Under the pieces are notes generated by a model. That model had not been told where the DNA came from. It searched no databases and saw nothing but the letters and a program-made list of their open reading frames with translations. From NCBI GenBank assembly GCA_051532035.1, contig JAOPTW010000036.1, positions 83,893-147,892 on the forward strand: a stretch of 64,000 nucleotides of DNA, read 5' to 3'. Shown in pieces: positions 1-10,969 of this stretch (within the stretch, counting starts at the first letter, position 1; every line of letters begins with the position of its first letter). The stretch is from Fibrobacterales bacterium (GTDB lineage Bacteria > Fibrobacterota > Fibrobacteria > Fibrobacterales > JAOPTW01). Made by a program: the position numbers and the translations under genes.

Positions 1-164
1 AGATTGCTGCCGTTAAACTCCTTATAGAAAAAGGGGTTGACCTGAACCACTGTGATAACGAAAAGATGAATGCTGTGACTCTAGCAGAAAAAACACTCCA
101 GCCAGATATCGCCCATCTGCTTATAGAAGCAGGGGCAGACAATTCGCCAATTAATAGCAAATAG
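1..164 (+). CDS. Ankyrin-repeat protein, 3' end only (runs off left edge)
   Basis: Manual translation from nt 3: IAAVKLLIEKGVDLNHCDNEKMNAVTLAEKTLQPDIAHLLIEAGAD...*; ankyrin motifs VKLLIEKGVDLN and LLIEAGAD; TAG at 162-164. Confidence 0.8.
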   Translation, partial: IAAVKLLIEKGVDLNHCDNEKMNAVTLAEKTLQPDIAHLLIEAGADNSPINSK

Positions 165-189
165 ATTTTTATAATTCTATAAAAAATTA

Positions 190-224
190 AAAAAGCCACA
201 CTTCAAAATGAAGTGTGGCTTTTT
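190..224. terminator. Bidirectional intrinsic terminator
   Basis: Perfect inverted repeat AAAAAGCCACACTTCA-aaa-TGAAGTGTGGCTTTTT between convergent genes. Confidence 0.85.
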
Positions 225-253
225 ATTTTCTAAAACTCAAACTGATTTGAATG

Positions 254-1918
254 CTATTTTTTATTTTTCAAATAGTAACGAATAAGTCCGTTAGTAGAGC
301 TATCATGACTGAGTGCAACATCTGCATCAGCATCACCAGCTTCGAGTTCAGGAAGAATAACTTTTGCAAGTTGTTTACCGAGCTCAACGCCCCACTGATC
401 GTATGAGTTAACATTCCACACCGCACCTTGAACAAAGATTTTGTGTTCGTACATTGAAATCAAACTACCTAATGTTTTTGGATCAAGCTCTTTAAACATA
501 AGTGCATTAGAAGGACGGTTCCCTTCGAATACTTTATGTGGTGCAAGAAATTCGATCTCTTCTGCACTCATACCCGAAGCTTTTAGCTCAGCGGTCGCTT
601 CCTCATGCGTTTTACCATTCATAAGTGCTTCTGGCTGTGCAAAAAAGTTTGCCAGTAGTTTACGATGATGATCACCAATAGGGTTTTGTGAGTTTGCAGG
701 AGCAATAAAATCACATGGAATCAATTTAGTACCTTGATGGATCAACTGATAAAAGGCATGTTGCCCATTAGTACCAGGCTCGCCCCAAAGAATTGGCCCT
801 GTTTCGTAATCAACAATATTTGATTCACGATCGACAGACTTACCATTTGACTCCATATCTGCCTGTTGGAAGTATGCTGCAAAACGGTGCATGTATTGAT
901 CATAGGGAAGAATTGTATATGACTCCGCGCCATAAAAGTTGTTGTACCAGATACCAAGAAGTGCAAGAATAACCGGAAGGTTCTCTTCAGGTGCTGCAGT
1001 TTTGAAATGGTTATCCATTTCGTGCATGCCTTCGAGAAGCTGTGCAAAGTTATCCCAACCAAGTCCGAGTGCAAGAGGAGTACCAATTGCTGATGAGAGT
1101 GAATAACGGCCACCAACCCAGTTCCAAAACTCAAACATATTTTCTGTGTCAATACCAAATTTTGAAACTTCTTCAGTATTAGTTGAGAGAGCTGCAAAGT
1201 GTTTTGCAATAGATGATGCATCACCGTCAAAAGCCGCAAGTACTGCGTCTTTAGCTGACTGTGCATTGGTCATAGTCTCTTGTGTCGTAAATGTTTTTGA
1301 CGCTACAAGAAAAAGAGTCTCTTCGATATTTACTTTTTTGAGAGTCTCTGCAATGTGAGTACCATCTACATTTGATACAAAAAGTACTTCAGGAGTATTT
1401 TCTGGTTTAAAAGACTTGAGTGCTTCGTAGACCATTACCGGTCCGAGGTCTGAACCACCAATGCCAATATTTACTACTGTTTTAATCTCTTTGCCTGTAT
1501 GTCCTTTCCACTCACCACTATTTACCTTATTGGTAAATGCTTCGATCTTTGCAAGTACATCATTTATAGCAGGCATTACATCAGCACCGTCAACGTCAAT
1601 AGGTGTATTTGAACGATTACGAAGTGCAACGTGAAGTACCGATCGTTTCTCTGTGGTATTAATTATCCCACCAGAAAACATCTGTTCTTTAAGTTCTTCA
1701 TATTTACTTGATTTTAAAAGATCTATTAGACACTTTACCGTATCTTCAGAAATAATATTTTTTGAATAATCAAGAAAAATCCCGCAGGCTTCTTTTGAAA
1801 ATTTTTCTGCACGGTCACTATCAGCAGCAAACATTTCACGCATGTGCCAGTCAAGGGTTTCATTATAATGGTCAACGAGGGTTTCCCACTCTTTACTCTC
1901 GGTCAATACACTCAACAT
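254..1918 (-). CDS. pgi: Glucose-6-phosphate isomerase
   Basis: Motifs [44 protein letters not shown]. Confidence 0.98.
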   Translation of the reverse strand: MLSVLTESKEWETLVDHYNETLDWHMREMFAADSDRAEKFSKEACGIFLDYSKNIISEDTVKCLIDLLKSSKYEELKEQMFSGGIINTTEKRSVLHVALRNRSNTPIDVDGADVMPAINDVLAKIEAFTNKVNSGEWKGHTGKEIKTVVNIGIGGSDLGPVMVYEALKSFKPENTPEVLFVSNVDGTHIAETLKKVNIEETLFLVASKTFTTQETMTNAQSAKDAVLAAFDGDASSIAKHFAALSTNTEEVSKFGIDTENMFEFWNWVGGRYSLSSAIGTPLALGLGWDNFAQLLEGMHEMDNHFKTAAPEENLPVILALLGIWYNNFYGAESYTILPYDQYMHRFAAYFQQADMESNGKSVDRESNIVDYETGPILWGEPGTNGQHAFYQLIHQGTKLIPCDFIAPANSQNPIGDHHRKLLANFFAQPEALMNGKTHEEATAELKASGMSAEEIEFLAPHKVFEGNRPSNALMFKELDPKTLGSLISMYEHKIFVQGAVWNVNSYDQWGVELGKQLAKVILPELEAGDADADVALSHDSSTNGLIRYYLKNKK

Positions 1919-2167
1919 GTCCTCACATCTAATAAATTATTGTGCCACAATAATACGTAAATTAGCGAGATTTGTCCTCTCTCTTTCATTGCTAAATTTG
2001 AGCATTTTGTCTTTATATACCCATTTAAAAATTGTGGTTTTTGAAAAAATACAGTAAATTGACCTCTAAAATATGGCCCCACCGCCCCATTGTAAACTTA
2101 TGTAAACTATTTGTTAGCGTTCAGAGTATTTTATAGTAACACAAATACAACTAAACTGTGGAAATCT

Positions 2168-2551
2168 ATGAAAATACTATTAGTAGACGATACATTCATT
2201 ATGCGAAAAATGCAAAAAAATACCCTTGAACAAATGGGGTACAATGAGATAGTTGAAGCCCGGAATGGAGTCGAGGCACTGCAAAAGCTCGAGGAAGACC
2301 CAGCTATTGGACTGGTATTACTCGACTGGGAAATGCCTACAATGAGTGGCCTCTCCGCATTAAAATCAATAAAATCAAATCCACTCCATCAAAACACTCC
2401 CGTTATTATGGTAACCAGCCAAAAGAACCGTCCCAAAGTGATGGAGGCAATTAAGGCCGGAGTCAATGGATACATCATGGTCCCTTTTAAAGCCAATGAT
2501 TATATCAATAAAATAGAGTCAGTTATGGGTAATTCCATGGTTGTCGCATAA
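2168..2551 (+). CDS. CheY-like single-domain response regulator (atypical, lacks conserved Lys)
   Basis: MKILLVDD, LLDWEMP, VIMVTS, but YIMVPF rather than YxxKPF; start moved to ATG 2168. Confidence 0.85.
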   Translation: MKILLVDDTFIMRKMQKNTLEQMGYNEIVEARNGVEALQKLEEDPAIGLVLLDWEMPTMSGLSALKSIKSNPLHQNTPVIMVTSQKNRPKVMEAIKAGVNGYIMVPFKANDYINKIESVMGNSMVVA

Positions 2552-2645
2552 GGGTACTCAAAATTGTTAATTCTCCTATTTAGTTATACCTTTTCCCCAA
2601 TTAGTGTAGTACAGTTTAAGTGATGCTACTTATTAGTGAATGATT

Positions 2646-3029
2646 ATGAAAATTATGCTTGTAGACGATTCCTCTACGATGAGAAGAATCCAGAAAAATA
2701 CTCTTGCTCGTATTGGTTATGATACGATTGTTGAAGCAGCCGATGGTCAAGAGTGTCTTAATATGCTCGGACAGCAATCAGATATAAGTCTCGTACTTAT
2801 GGATTGGAATATGCCTAATATGGATGGAATCACCGCACTCAAAGCGATCAAATCTGCAGATTCATTTAAACACATACCGGTTATCATGGTCACTTCGGAG
2901 TCTTCAAAAGATAAAATTATGGAAGCGATTCAATCAGGTGCTTCAAGTTATGTCGTTAAACCGTTTGAACCCAAAGTTATCGAAGAGAAAATTGAAAAGG
3001 TTATCGAAATTAATAACCTACAAAAATAA
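2646..3029 (+). CDS. cheY: CheY-like single-domain response regulator
   Basis: MKIMLVDDSSTMRRI, LMDWNMP, VIMVTS, YVVKPF. Confidence 0.88.
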   Translation: MKIMLVDDSSTMRRIQKNTLARIGYDTIVEAADGQECLNMLGQQSDISLVLMDWNMPNMDGITALKAIKSADSFKHIPVIMVTSESSKDKIMEAIQSGASSYVVKPFEPKVIEEKIEKVIEINNLQK

Positions 3030-3031
3030 CC

Positions 3032-4930
3032 TTAGTTCAAGCCAAGTCTGCTTTTTAGTTTTTTATACGTCATTGTGTAATAGGGCTTCATCATTGATTC
3101 CCGATAATCAAATCCAAATGCACGACGAGACACCGCTACAACAGGTGGTGCTTGTACCCTTTTTGCGACTCCCATTCCTTTGAAAAGAATCCACCACCGT
3201 TCAAGGTCAATTACAAAATCTACAATATCAGGAAATACCGATTTAATATCATGAGGAAGATCGAGTTCATCATTGAGGGTACCCATGTGATACCACTGAA
3301 GAATTTCTTCTGGTGTAATTCGATTCCAGCGCTGCATCCATGCATGAAAAAGTCGGTCGTGATACCAATAAATCATTGGATCCCCCTTATCAGCATCAAC
3401 ATCTTGCGCATCACTCAATTCAGCAGAGGGAACAATGGTAAAGGTCCCTTCGGGTATAATGGTGCGTCCCCATTTTTTATTATTTAAATAGCGTCCCAAA
3501 TCATATACTTGCTCTTTCCAGAGGTCGGCCAATAGCGCAAGAAAACCACCATGATCACCATAGAGAGTAGAGTACCCTACTGTAGTCTCTGCTTTATTTG
3601 CATTGCAGGTAAACACCCCACCAAAAGCAGAAGAGAGCGCTGCTAAAATACGAGAGGAGCGGTCACGAGCCTGTACATTTTCGAGATGAAACCCAGAGAG
3701 GGCAAGAACTTCTGACGCTCCATCCGGAGCATGTAATGTGAGATTATCAATCTGACTTTCTGTCAAAGTAACCGATGATTCAATAGGAATATCAGTATAG
3801 TAACACCCAATATTTTCTGCGAGCTCCCGTGCAAGGTTTATAGTCGTCTGGGAGTTGTACTGACTCGGCATATTAACTAAGAGTAGATCATGAGGATCGA
3901 CAATCAATCCGTAGAGAGCTGCTGCTACAGCAGAATCTATACCACCCGAAACTCCTATAACCACACGCTTTAATCCACACTGCTCCATATATTTTTTTGC
4001 AGAATAGAGAAGTGAATCGGCAATTTCACTACTCCGCGATCCATTATCTTTTTGTTCAATTTTCAAAAAGGACTCGGTCATATTCAATGAACAGGTAAAT
4101 ACCGTAGAGAGATAGGCAGGAAGTTTTACAACGGTCCCACCATCTGCATCATAGAGAGTACTCTGGCCATCAAAGGAGTATATTGTTTTGGCATTATTCT
4201 GTACTCCTGTATTATTAACATACAGCAAAGGAACCTGTGATCTTTTCGCATGAGCAGCAAATACCCGGTCCCGTTTGTCGCTTTTGCCAAGAGTGAAAGG
4301 AGAACTACTCAGATTAAGGAGTATATCAACCCCTTTCTTTGCGAGTATATCAACAATATTGAGATTATAGTCATCCCCCCAGCCATCTTCACAAAGCATC
4401 CCCCCAAGGCGCACTGGAGATTCCTCAAAAGGAACGACAAATGGTTCAAGAAGATCTTCTACTGTGGTACCACGAGATTGAGCAAGTACTTGTAAATCTG
4501 AAAAGTGTCGATTCTCTTCGAACTCCCGATAGTTGGGTAATAAGGTTTTAGGTTGAAATTTAAGATCGAGTTTTTCTGATCGAATAAATTTTCTCTGGTA
4601 GGCAACATAGAGTCCGTTGTACTTCATACGTCTGCCATCGGTTCCCAGTGCCGTTTCATCTACTGCAACATTACCAAATACAATACATATTTCACGAGAA
4701 AGTCTCCGTACCATATCTCCATAGGTGAGACAATCCTGAACAAAAGCACGCTCTTCCCAAAGGTCACCAATAAGGTATCCCGAGAGACAAAACTCAGGAA
4801 ACACAATAATGTGCGCACCTTTAGCAAGGGCCTCTGTAACACTTTGCTCTATCGTTGTATAGTTGAGGTCAGGGCGCCCTGGTTCTATCTCAATTTGCCC
4901 AATAGCTATGGTTAATGCAGCGCTACTCAT
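3032..4930 (-). CDS. nadE: Glutamine-dependent NAD+ synthetase
   Basis: Nitrilase domain with E-K-C triad (FPE, KTLLPNY, CEDGW) plus synthetase SGGIDS, ENVQAR, GYSTLYGD, PSAEL; start probably ATG 4930. Confidence 0.95.
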   Translation of the reverse strand: MSSAALTIAIGQIEIEPGRPDLNYTTIEQSVTEALAKGAHIIVFPEFCLSGYLIGDLWEERAFVQDCLTYGDMVRRLSREICIVFGNVAVDETALGTDGRRMKYNGLYVAYQRKFIRSEKLDLKFQPKTLLPNYREFEENRHFSDLQVLAQSRGTTVEDLLEPFVVPFEESPVRLGGMLCEDGWGDDYNLNIVDILAKKGVDILLNLSSSPFTLGKSDKRDRVFAAHAKRSQVPLLYVNNTGVQNNAKTIYSFDGQSTLYDADGGTVVKLPAYLSTVFTCSLNMTESFLKIEQKDNGSRSSEIADSLLYSAKKYMEQCGLKRVVIGVSGGIDSAVAAALYGLIVDPHDLLLVNMPSQYNSQTTINLARELAENIGCYYTDIPIESSVTLTESQIDNLTLHAPDGASEVLALSGFHLENVQARDRSSRILAALSSAFGGVFTCNANKAETTVGYSTLYGDHGGFLALLADLWKEQVYDLGRYLNNKKWGRTIIPEGTFTIVPSAELSDAQDVDADKGDPMIYWYHDRLFHAWMQRWNRITPEEILQWYHMGTLNDELDLPHDIKSVFPDIVDFVIDLERWWILFKGMGVAKRVQAPPVVAVSRRAFGFDYRESMMKPYYTMTYKKLKSRLGLN

Positions 4931-5642
4931 GGGACTTGCTCCACTCTTCATAGAGATAAAACGCACAGATATTTTTTGCATCTATCGCAAGGGTTTTACG
5001 TGCTTCTGTATAGGGAGCAATTTTTATCTGTATCACTTCATCTTCGTCATCGTGAATGCGGTGCTTGTTATGATATGCATCAATAAAGGATCGGTCAACG
5101 GTTCTCTCTAACAAAAATATTCTTAAAAACTCATCCATGCCGCCTACCGAACAGTAGATCCCGTTCGCGTCCATCCCCAGAACCTCTTTTGTTAGATCCA
5201 CCAGTTCTCCCGGTTCCGTTTTAAGGTCAGCCTCTTCTTCAAGTTCACAGCGCATTATACCCTCATAATCACTGCTATGATCGAGCATTCCTGCGGGAAT
5301 TTCTGGACAGCGACGCATTCCCACACCAATGCGGGATTGTTCAACATAGAGTATATATTTATCATTTTCACAGTGGAGTACAATGAAGCACCCAACAGCG
5401 CCACCGCGAAGCATAACAATTCCATTAACTCGTCTTCCCTGTTCATCAACGGCATCGCAATCTAACTTAAGAAAGAGTAAATGTTTTGCACCCTTCTTTT
5501 GAATAAAGTCTGCGGATTGAAAGTTAAGACCCTGAACAACAATTTCTGGATCGAGTCCTTTGAGCCAATCATTGAGTAACGTCCCATTAACAATGAGGTC
5601 TTCTTCCTCTTCTGTGGGCGAAAATTGAAAACTGTGATACAT
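4923..5642 (-). CDS. NUDIX hydrolase (ADP-sugar/ADP-ribose pyrophosphatase-like)
   Basis: EIPAGMLD...ELEEEADL Nudix-like box, SVGGMDE; overlaps nadE start. Confidence 0.8.
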   Translation of the reverse strand: MYHSFQFSPTEEEEDLIVNGTLLNDWLKGLDPEIVVQGLNFQSADFIQKKGAKHLLFLKLDCDAVDEQGRRVNGIVMLRGGAVGCFIVLHCENDKYILYVEQSRIGVGMRRCPEIPAGMLDHSSDYEGIMRCELEEEADLKTEPGELVDLTKEVLGMDANGIYCSVGGMDEFLRIFLLERTVDRSFIDAYHNKHRIHDDEDEVIQIKIAPYTEARKTLAIDAKNICAFYLYEEWSKSHE

Positions 5643-5838
5643 TGGAGTACCGTCTAATAGAATTATGCTTAAAATAGCTTAATCTAGAGCTGATGTAAAT
5701 TATAGAATTTCTGAACATAGGTTAGGGCACTTCTAAAATAAGCTGCTATTGTGAGTGGGGCACTCATTCTCTCCACTGAACAGCCCAACAGTGAGCATAA
5801 TTACTATACTTTATTGAAATAACTAGCCCGTACCTCTT

Positions 5839-6876
5839 ATGCTCAAAAAAACCATTATTCTTGGGGTTGCTCTCCTTACAATTCTTGGGATGCGGTACTA
5901 TTTCAGATCGCAACAACCCCTTCCTTCAGAAAGTACGTGGCACAAACGTCATTTCAATAATCTCTATACTCAAATAAATCTCACTCACTTTACCACACCC
6001 TCCATCGACTCCCTTGTATATGATTCACTCGTGTCGACTTTTACAACATTTACCGAACAAGTACAGGCTAACTCATCTCTCGATTCCATAGTTTTTCACG
6101 CCGACTCTGGGGCTCAAATCCCCCTTTCTCCGGTTCTCTATGAACTTTTTGCATACGGCCTCACGACATTTTCCCAAACAGATGGTGCTATAAATGTTGG
6201 TATCGGAAACTTACTCAGAGAGTATGGCCTTCTTTGGAATATGACGCCTCACCTCCCGAGCAAAGAAGCCATTACCCATTTAGTCAACAAAATGAACACC
6301 CCTTTTTACCGACTCGACAGTACAACACAATCAATTATTATTGAACGCACGAGAGAACACTTTGCCCTTGGTTCATTTTCAAAAGGCAAGGCTCTCGATC
6401 TTGCTGAATCTATTTTTTCCCACTATAGCATTGAACACTATCTTCTCGAAGTGGGTGGCGATATTATCTACAAAGGACAAAACCATAAAAACCGTCCTTG
6501 GACTGTCGGTATACAAGACCCCAACACCTCCCATGGCCTTCTGTCGGCACTCTCTCTTGCAGACCCTCGGCTTAACAGCATGGCTACTTCAGGAGGCTAT
6601 GAGAAATACTTTGTCGATGCGACCGGAGTAAAACATCACCACATTATCAACCCAAAAACGGGTTACTCTATAACCGACAAAAAAAGTGTCTCAGTTGTCA
6701 GCAGTGGTGGCATGGCAACAGATTTCTGGGCAACCTATCTCTTCGTACTCCCTGTAGACTCTGCAATAGCACTCGTAGAGAGGACAAAATATCTCGAAGC
6801 AATAATTATCGCAGCCAATGACTCCATGAGTGTCAGTAGCGGCCTTACAAACAAGATAACCCCTTTAACGAAATAA
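5839..6876 (+). CDS. apbE: FAD:protein FMN transferase (ApbE family)
   Basis: N-terminal anchor; SKGKALD, EVGGDI, WTVGIQDP, ATSGGYE, HHIINPKTG. Confidence 0.9.
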   Translation: MLKKTIILGVALLTILGMRYYFRSQQPLPSESTWHKRHFNNLYTQINLTHFTTPSIDSLVYDSLVSTFTTFTEQVQANSSLDSIVFHADSGAQIPLSPVLYELFAYGLTTFSQTDGAINVGIGNLLREYGLLWNMTPHLPSKEAITHLVNKMNTPFYRLDSTTQSIIIERTREHFALGSFSKGKALDLAESIFSHYSIEHYLLEVGGDIIYKGQNHKNRPWTVGIQDPNTSHGLLSALSLADPRLNSMATSGGYEKYFVDATGVKHHHIINPKTGYSITDKKSVSVVSSGGMATDFWATYLFVLPVDSAIALVERTKYLEAIIIAANDSMSVSSGLTNKITPLTK

Positions 6877-6894
6877 ACCTCACTAAGGATTGAT

Positions 6895-7884
6895 ATGCAA
6901 TATAATCGACTCGGAACATCAGGACTACAAGTAAGTGAACTCTCTTTTGGCTCATGGGTAACGTTTCACGATCAACTCGGAATCGCCGAAGCTAAAAAAT
7001 GCATGCATGCTGCATTCGAAGCAGGGGTCAACTTTTTTGACAATGCCGAAGCCTATGCCGGCGGTAAAGCCGAAGTTGTAATGGGCGAAGCGCTTAAAGA
7101 GTTTAACCGCGATGAACTCGTTATATCTACAAAAATTTTCTGGGGTGGTAAAAAACCAAACCAAGAAGGTCTTTCGCGTAAACACATTATAGAGGGTACC
7201 CAAAATGCTCTAAAACGATTTGATCTTGATTATGTAGACCTTCTGTATTGTCACCGCCCAGACCCCCATACCCCAATCGAAGAGACCGTGAGAGCGATGA
7301 ACTGGTGTATCGAAAAAGGATACGCATTCTACTGGGGAACTTCTGAGTGGACCGCAAAAGAGATTCAAGAAGCAATTGATATCTGTGATCGTCTTGGCCT
7401 TATACGACCCACTATGGAACAACCACAATATAACATGCTTGTTCGCGACAAGGTAGAACGTGAGTTTGCTCCTCTCTATGCAAAATATGGATTAGGCACA
7501 ACTATTTGGAGCCCCTTGGCAAGTGGTGTTCTTACAGGTAAATACAATGATGGCATCCCTAAAGATTCACGTCTCGCACAAGTTGATTGGCTCAGAGATA
7601 TGTTTCAAAATGAAGGTGGCTTTTTGAGTGGTGATGAAGTAATTTTAAAAATTAAGAAGATCACCGAAATTGCTCAGGACCTCGGGTGCTCAACCGCACA
7701 ACTTGCTCTCGCATGGTGCCTCAAGAATCCTCATGTCTCTACGGTAATAACTGGCGCGAGTCGTATTGAACAAGTTACTGAAAACATGAAAGCAATTGAA
7801 ATCAAAAAGAGTCTTACAGAAGAACTCATGACAACCATTGATGAAATTCTGGGCAACAAGCCCGACATGAGTGCTGAGTGGTAA
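6895..7884 (+). CDS. Aldo/keto reductase (Kv-beta-like)
   Basis: LGTSGLQVSELSFGSWVTF, FFDNAEAY, STKIFWGG, YWGTSEW, WSPLASGVLTGKY. Confidence 0.93.
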   Translation: MQYNRLGTSGLQVSELSFGSWVTFHDQLGIAEAKKCMHAAFEAGVNFFDNAEAYAGGKAEVVMGEALKEFNRDELVISTKIFWGGKKPNQEGLSRKHIIEGTQNALKRFDLDYVDLLYCHRPDPHTPIEETVRAMNWCIEKGYAFYWGTSEWTAKEIQEAIDICDRLGLIRPTMEQPQYNMLVRDKVEREFAPLYAKYGLGTTIWSPLASGVLTGKYNDGIPKDSRLAQVDWLRDMFQNEGGFLSGDEVILKIKKITEIAQDLGCSTAQLALAWCLKNPHVSTVITGASRIEQVTENMKAIEIKKSLTEELMTTIDEILGNKPDMSAEW

Positions 7885-7905
7885 TTACCTCGGCGTAAAA
7901 TTGTC

Positions 7906-7936
7906 AGACCCACCTCACATGAGTTGGGTCTTTTTT
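7906..7936 (+). terminator. Intrinsic terminator
   Basis: AGACCCA...TGGGTCT hairpin followed by T run, downstream of AKR. Confidence 0.7.
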
Positions 7937-8867
7937 ATTGATTAGAATACAGAAAAGACTCAGCCACTATCTGAGTACCACGTTCAGTAGCCATATCTTT
8001 ATCCCAGCCCCATGGCGTAATGAGTGTACATTTTACTTGTGCGGCACCAAGCGCACCGGGAATTGCCTTCTGTATGGATACTCCGTCAGCGAGTTGTGCA
8101 AGAAGACTCCCCAAGAAGACATCACCTGCCCCAATGGGATTAACAACAGAGTTAAGCACAGACTGTTGATACTCTACTAACTCCTCCCCATCACAATACC
8201 ACGTTGATCGTGGGCCATCAGTTACAATAATCTGCGCTACTCCATATTGATTTTGTAGCCGACACCACCCAACTGCGACATCTTCTGTATCAACGAGTTC
8301 CAATAGTTCATCTCGATTAATTTTAAGAAGCCATACTCCATGTTTCAAAATGGACTCCACCTGCTTCACTCCATCAAGCACTACTCGACACTCTTTCATT
8401 TCACTAAGAATTATATTAAAAAGATAGTCAGGGGTTCCTTGAGGATACGTTCCACAAAAAGCAACGTAAGTGTATCCTGAGACTACAGTCTTTAATTGGT
8501 CAGCAAATGTCACCATGTCATGTTCGGTAACAGTGAGCCCAGGTTCAATAATTTCTGTTACAGGGCCCGTTTCGCTTATCAGAGAGTGACAAAAACGCAC
8601 CTCTCCCTCACCGCTACAGATAAGAGAGCCAATAGTATTCCCTGTCAAAAATTGAGTAATGGCACTAGCCTTAGAGCCAGATAGTACATGAGCAAGGGTC
8701 ACCTGAGCTCCCCACGCCTTTGCAGCCATAGCGCAGTTAATTCCTTTACCCGAAGGAAACTCCTGTATTGACGTCACTCTATTGACTTCTCCAAGAGAGA
8801 GAGACGATAAGTGCATAACTCGTTGCCACGAAGGATTAAGTCCAATAATTAAAAGAGGGAGCGACAT
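7935..8867 (-). CDS. PfkB family carbohydrate kinase (1-phosphofructokinase/LacC-like)
   Basis: LNPS, SGKGIN, LKINRDEL, NPIGAGDVF. Confidence 0.85.
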   Translation of the reverse strand: MSLPLLIIGLNPSWQRVMHLSSLSLGEVNRVTSIQEFPSGKGINCAMAAKAWGAQVTLAHVLSGSKASAITQFLTGNTIGSLICSGEGEVRFCHSLISETGPVTEIIEPGLTVTEHDMVTFADQLKTVVSGYTYVAFCGTYPQGTPDYLFNIILSEMKECRVVLDGVKQVESILKHGVWLLKINRDELLELVDTEDVAVGWCRLQNQYGVAQIIVTDGPRSTWYCDGEELVEYQQSVLNSVVNPIGAGDVFLGSLLAQLADGVSIQKAIPGALGAAQVKCTLITPWGWDKDMATERGTQIVAESFLYSNQ

Positions 8868-8875
8868 TGTCTATC

Positions 8876-9526
8876 CTAAGAGTGTAACCATGTCGGTAAA
8901 TCATTTAGATCATTTAGTATATGCGTTTCATCTAAGATCGCGTGCCACTGTTTTTGTGATTGATGCCCCGCTTCAATAAGGAGTGCATCGATACCATTCT
9001 CTTTGGCTACTTCATAATCGTGTAAGGTATCACCAACCAACAGTGTCTGGCTAGGGTTGATATCGTACCGATCAAGCATCTCTTTAAGAGAGTGACTTTT
9101 TGAATCAGCACGATCATCAGTCACGCCATACACTGCGGTAAAAAAAGCGTCTACACCATATTCTTTTACAGCAATATCCAAGCGTTCCTGTTTATAGGCA
9201 GATATGATACCAAGGGAATAGTGTTGCCCTAACGCCTCAAGTACCTCCATAGTACCTGTATGGAGCAGTACTGTATCGAGAGCAGCATGATAGATATTCA
9301 TAAATACCTGTGAAAGGTCATCAAATGTGTAATCAGAAAAGTCAAAACCAAGTTTCTCATAAAACTCTATGAGTGGAAAACCAAAATGGTCGAGGTACCA
9401 CTCACGGGTTATTTCTGGTACAGAGTACTGCTTACAAATTGTGTTCACAATCTTGAGGCCATAATCTACATCATCCAGAAGAGTGCCATTCCAATCAAAT
9501 AAGATCCATTGATACTTGTGAGCCAT
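8876..9526 (-). CDS. HAD-family hydrolase (phosphoglycolate phosphatase-like)
   Basis: FDWNGTLLD motif I; LVGDTLHD motif IV. Confidence 0.88.
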   Translation of the reverse strand: MAHKYQWILFDWNGTLLDDVDYGLKIVNTICKQYSVPEITREWYLDHFGFPLIEFYEKLGFDFSDYTFDDLSQVFMNIYHAALDTVLLHTGTMEVLEALGQHYSLGIISAYKQERLDIAVKEYGVDAFFTAVYGVTDDRADSKSHSLKEMLDRYDINPSQTLLVGDTLHDYEVAKENGIDALLIEAGHQSQKQWHAILDETHILNDLNDLPTWLHS

Positions 9527-10209
9527 TATATCATATCCCGATTCATCACCCGACCACGATCAAGAATTATACGTCTAAACGTACTATATTCATAGAGACC
9601 AGGATTGTGGGTTGCCATTACTATGGTCGTTCCTTGAGCATTAATATCTTTTAAAATCTCAAACACCTGTTGTGCATTTTCTGGATCTAGGTTACCCGTT
9701 GGCTCATCAGCAACAATAACCGAAGGATTATGTACCATTGCCCGGGCTATTGCAACACGTTGTTGCTCTCCCCCAGAAAGTGCCAAAGGGTGGAGCGATC
9801 TTCGGTGAGTAATCCCAAGGTAATTCATCACCTCATTGACCCGTTCTTTTATCTTATGTGAAGGATAGCCCGTAATGCGAAGGGTAAAAGCAATATTGTC
9901 AAATACTGACCTATCGGTAAGGAGTTTAAAGTCCTGAAATATAATGCCCAATTTACGGCGAAACTGTTGTACCTGAGAGAGTGATGCATTTTTTGAATCA
10001 TACACATTATCTTGCCCATATGATATAAGCACCTGCCCTCCCTTTGGGTCTGGACGTTCTTGCATATATATATGTTTAAGGAGTGTTGTTTTACCCGCCC
10101 CTGAACTTCCCGTAAGAAAAACAAATTCTCCTTTACTAATCTTTAGAGTGACATCATCAAGGGCTCGATAGCCATCAAACGTCTTACTGACATGTTGAAA
10201 ATGGATCAT
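9526..10209 (-). CDS. ftsE: Cell division ATP-binding protein FtsE
   Basis: [49 protein letters not shown]. Confidence 0.85.
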   Translation of the reverse strand: MIHFQHVSKTFDGYRALDDVTLKISKGEFVFLTGSSGAGKTTLLKHIYMQERPDPKGGQVLISYGQDNVYDSKNASLSQVQQFRRKLGIIFQDFKLLTDRSVFDNIAFTLRITGYPSHKIKERVNEVMNYLGITHRRSLHPLALSGGEQQRVAIARAMVHNPSVIVADEPTGNLDPENAQQVFEILKDINAQGTTIVMATHNPGLYEYSTFRRIILDRGRVMNRDMI

Positions 10210-10955
10210 GGCTTTTGTACCAAAAGATGGATTCTTAGTGACTTACCTGTAGGTTTTTTTAAACTCTGTTCAGAGTATGCCCCTTTAACAATAAAGCCTG
10301 CAGCTTTACACTGTGCGACAACCTGTTTATATGGGTAGACCTTTTGAATATGATCCTCTTCAATTTTTGCGTAAAGCCCATTCTCTGTTTTAACAAAAAA
10401 AATAAAATCATTGTGCTGAAGATTATTATTTGGATCATACCAGGAGTTTCTCACATATTCAAAATCACCACAGTCTTCATGAAAAGCATCATCCATAAAA
10501 TAGGTCTCAGAATTGTACTCAGTGGTCATATCAAATAGAAAGTGTCCCTCTGGCTCTAAAACACGGTAGACCTCTTTAAACATATCTTCGACCTCATACT
10601 CTGTAACCATGTAGTTAAAGGCATCATAGAGCATCATGACAAAATCAAAACCGGGTTTAAACGGGAGAGCCCGCATATCGCAACAGGTAGTCTTTAAGGT
10701 CGATTTACTCCAAGCATTTTGGAGCATCGTTTCAGAAAGATCGGTATAGACCGTATAGGCTTCCGATCCAAAATCGAGAAATCGAGCATGCTGACAAGTG
10801 CCAGCACCAAGCTCAAGAATACGTGTTGGTACAACTTTATGTTTTTTTAATAGTGTTGCAATGTACTGTGACCACTCTGAATAGTCTACGTGGCACATAA
10901 TCTGGTCGTACCAAGAGCTTATATGTACATAAGAGTTATACGATTGCGAGCACAT
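10206..10955 (-). CDS. Class I SAM-dependent methyltransferase
   Basis: ILELGAGT, DLSETML, DMR, YDAFNY, LEPEGHFLFD. Confidence 0.88.
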   Translation of the reverse strand: MCSQSYNSYVHISSWYDQIMCHVDYSEWSQYIATLLKKHKVVPTRILELGAGTCQHARFLDFGSEAYTVYTDLSETMLQNAWSKSTLKTTCCDMRALPFKPGFDFVMMLYDAFNYMVTEYEVEDMFKEVYRVLEPEGHFLFDMTTEYNSETYFMDDAFHEDCGDFEYVRNSWYDPNNNLQHNDFIFFVKTENGLYAKIEEDHIQKVYPYKQVVAQCKAAGFIVKGAYSEQSLKKPTGKSLRIHLLVQKP

Positions 10956-10969
10956 CTATGACAACCAGA

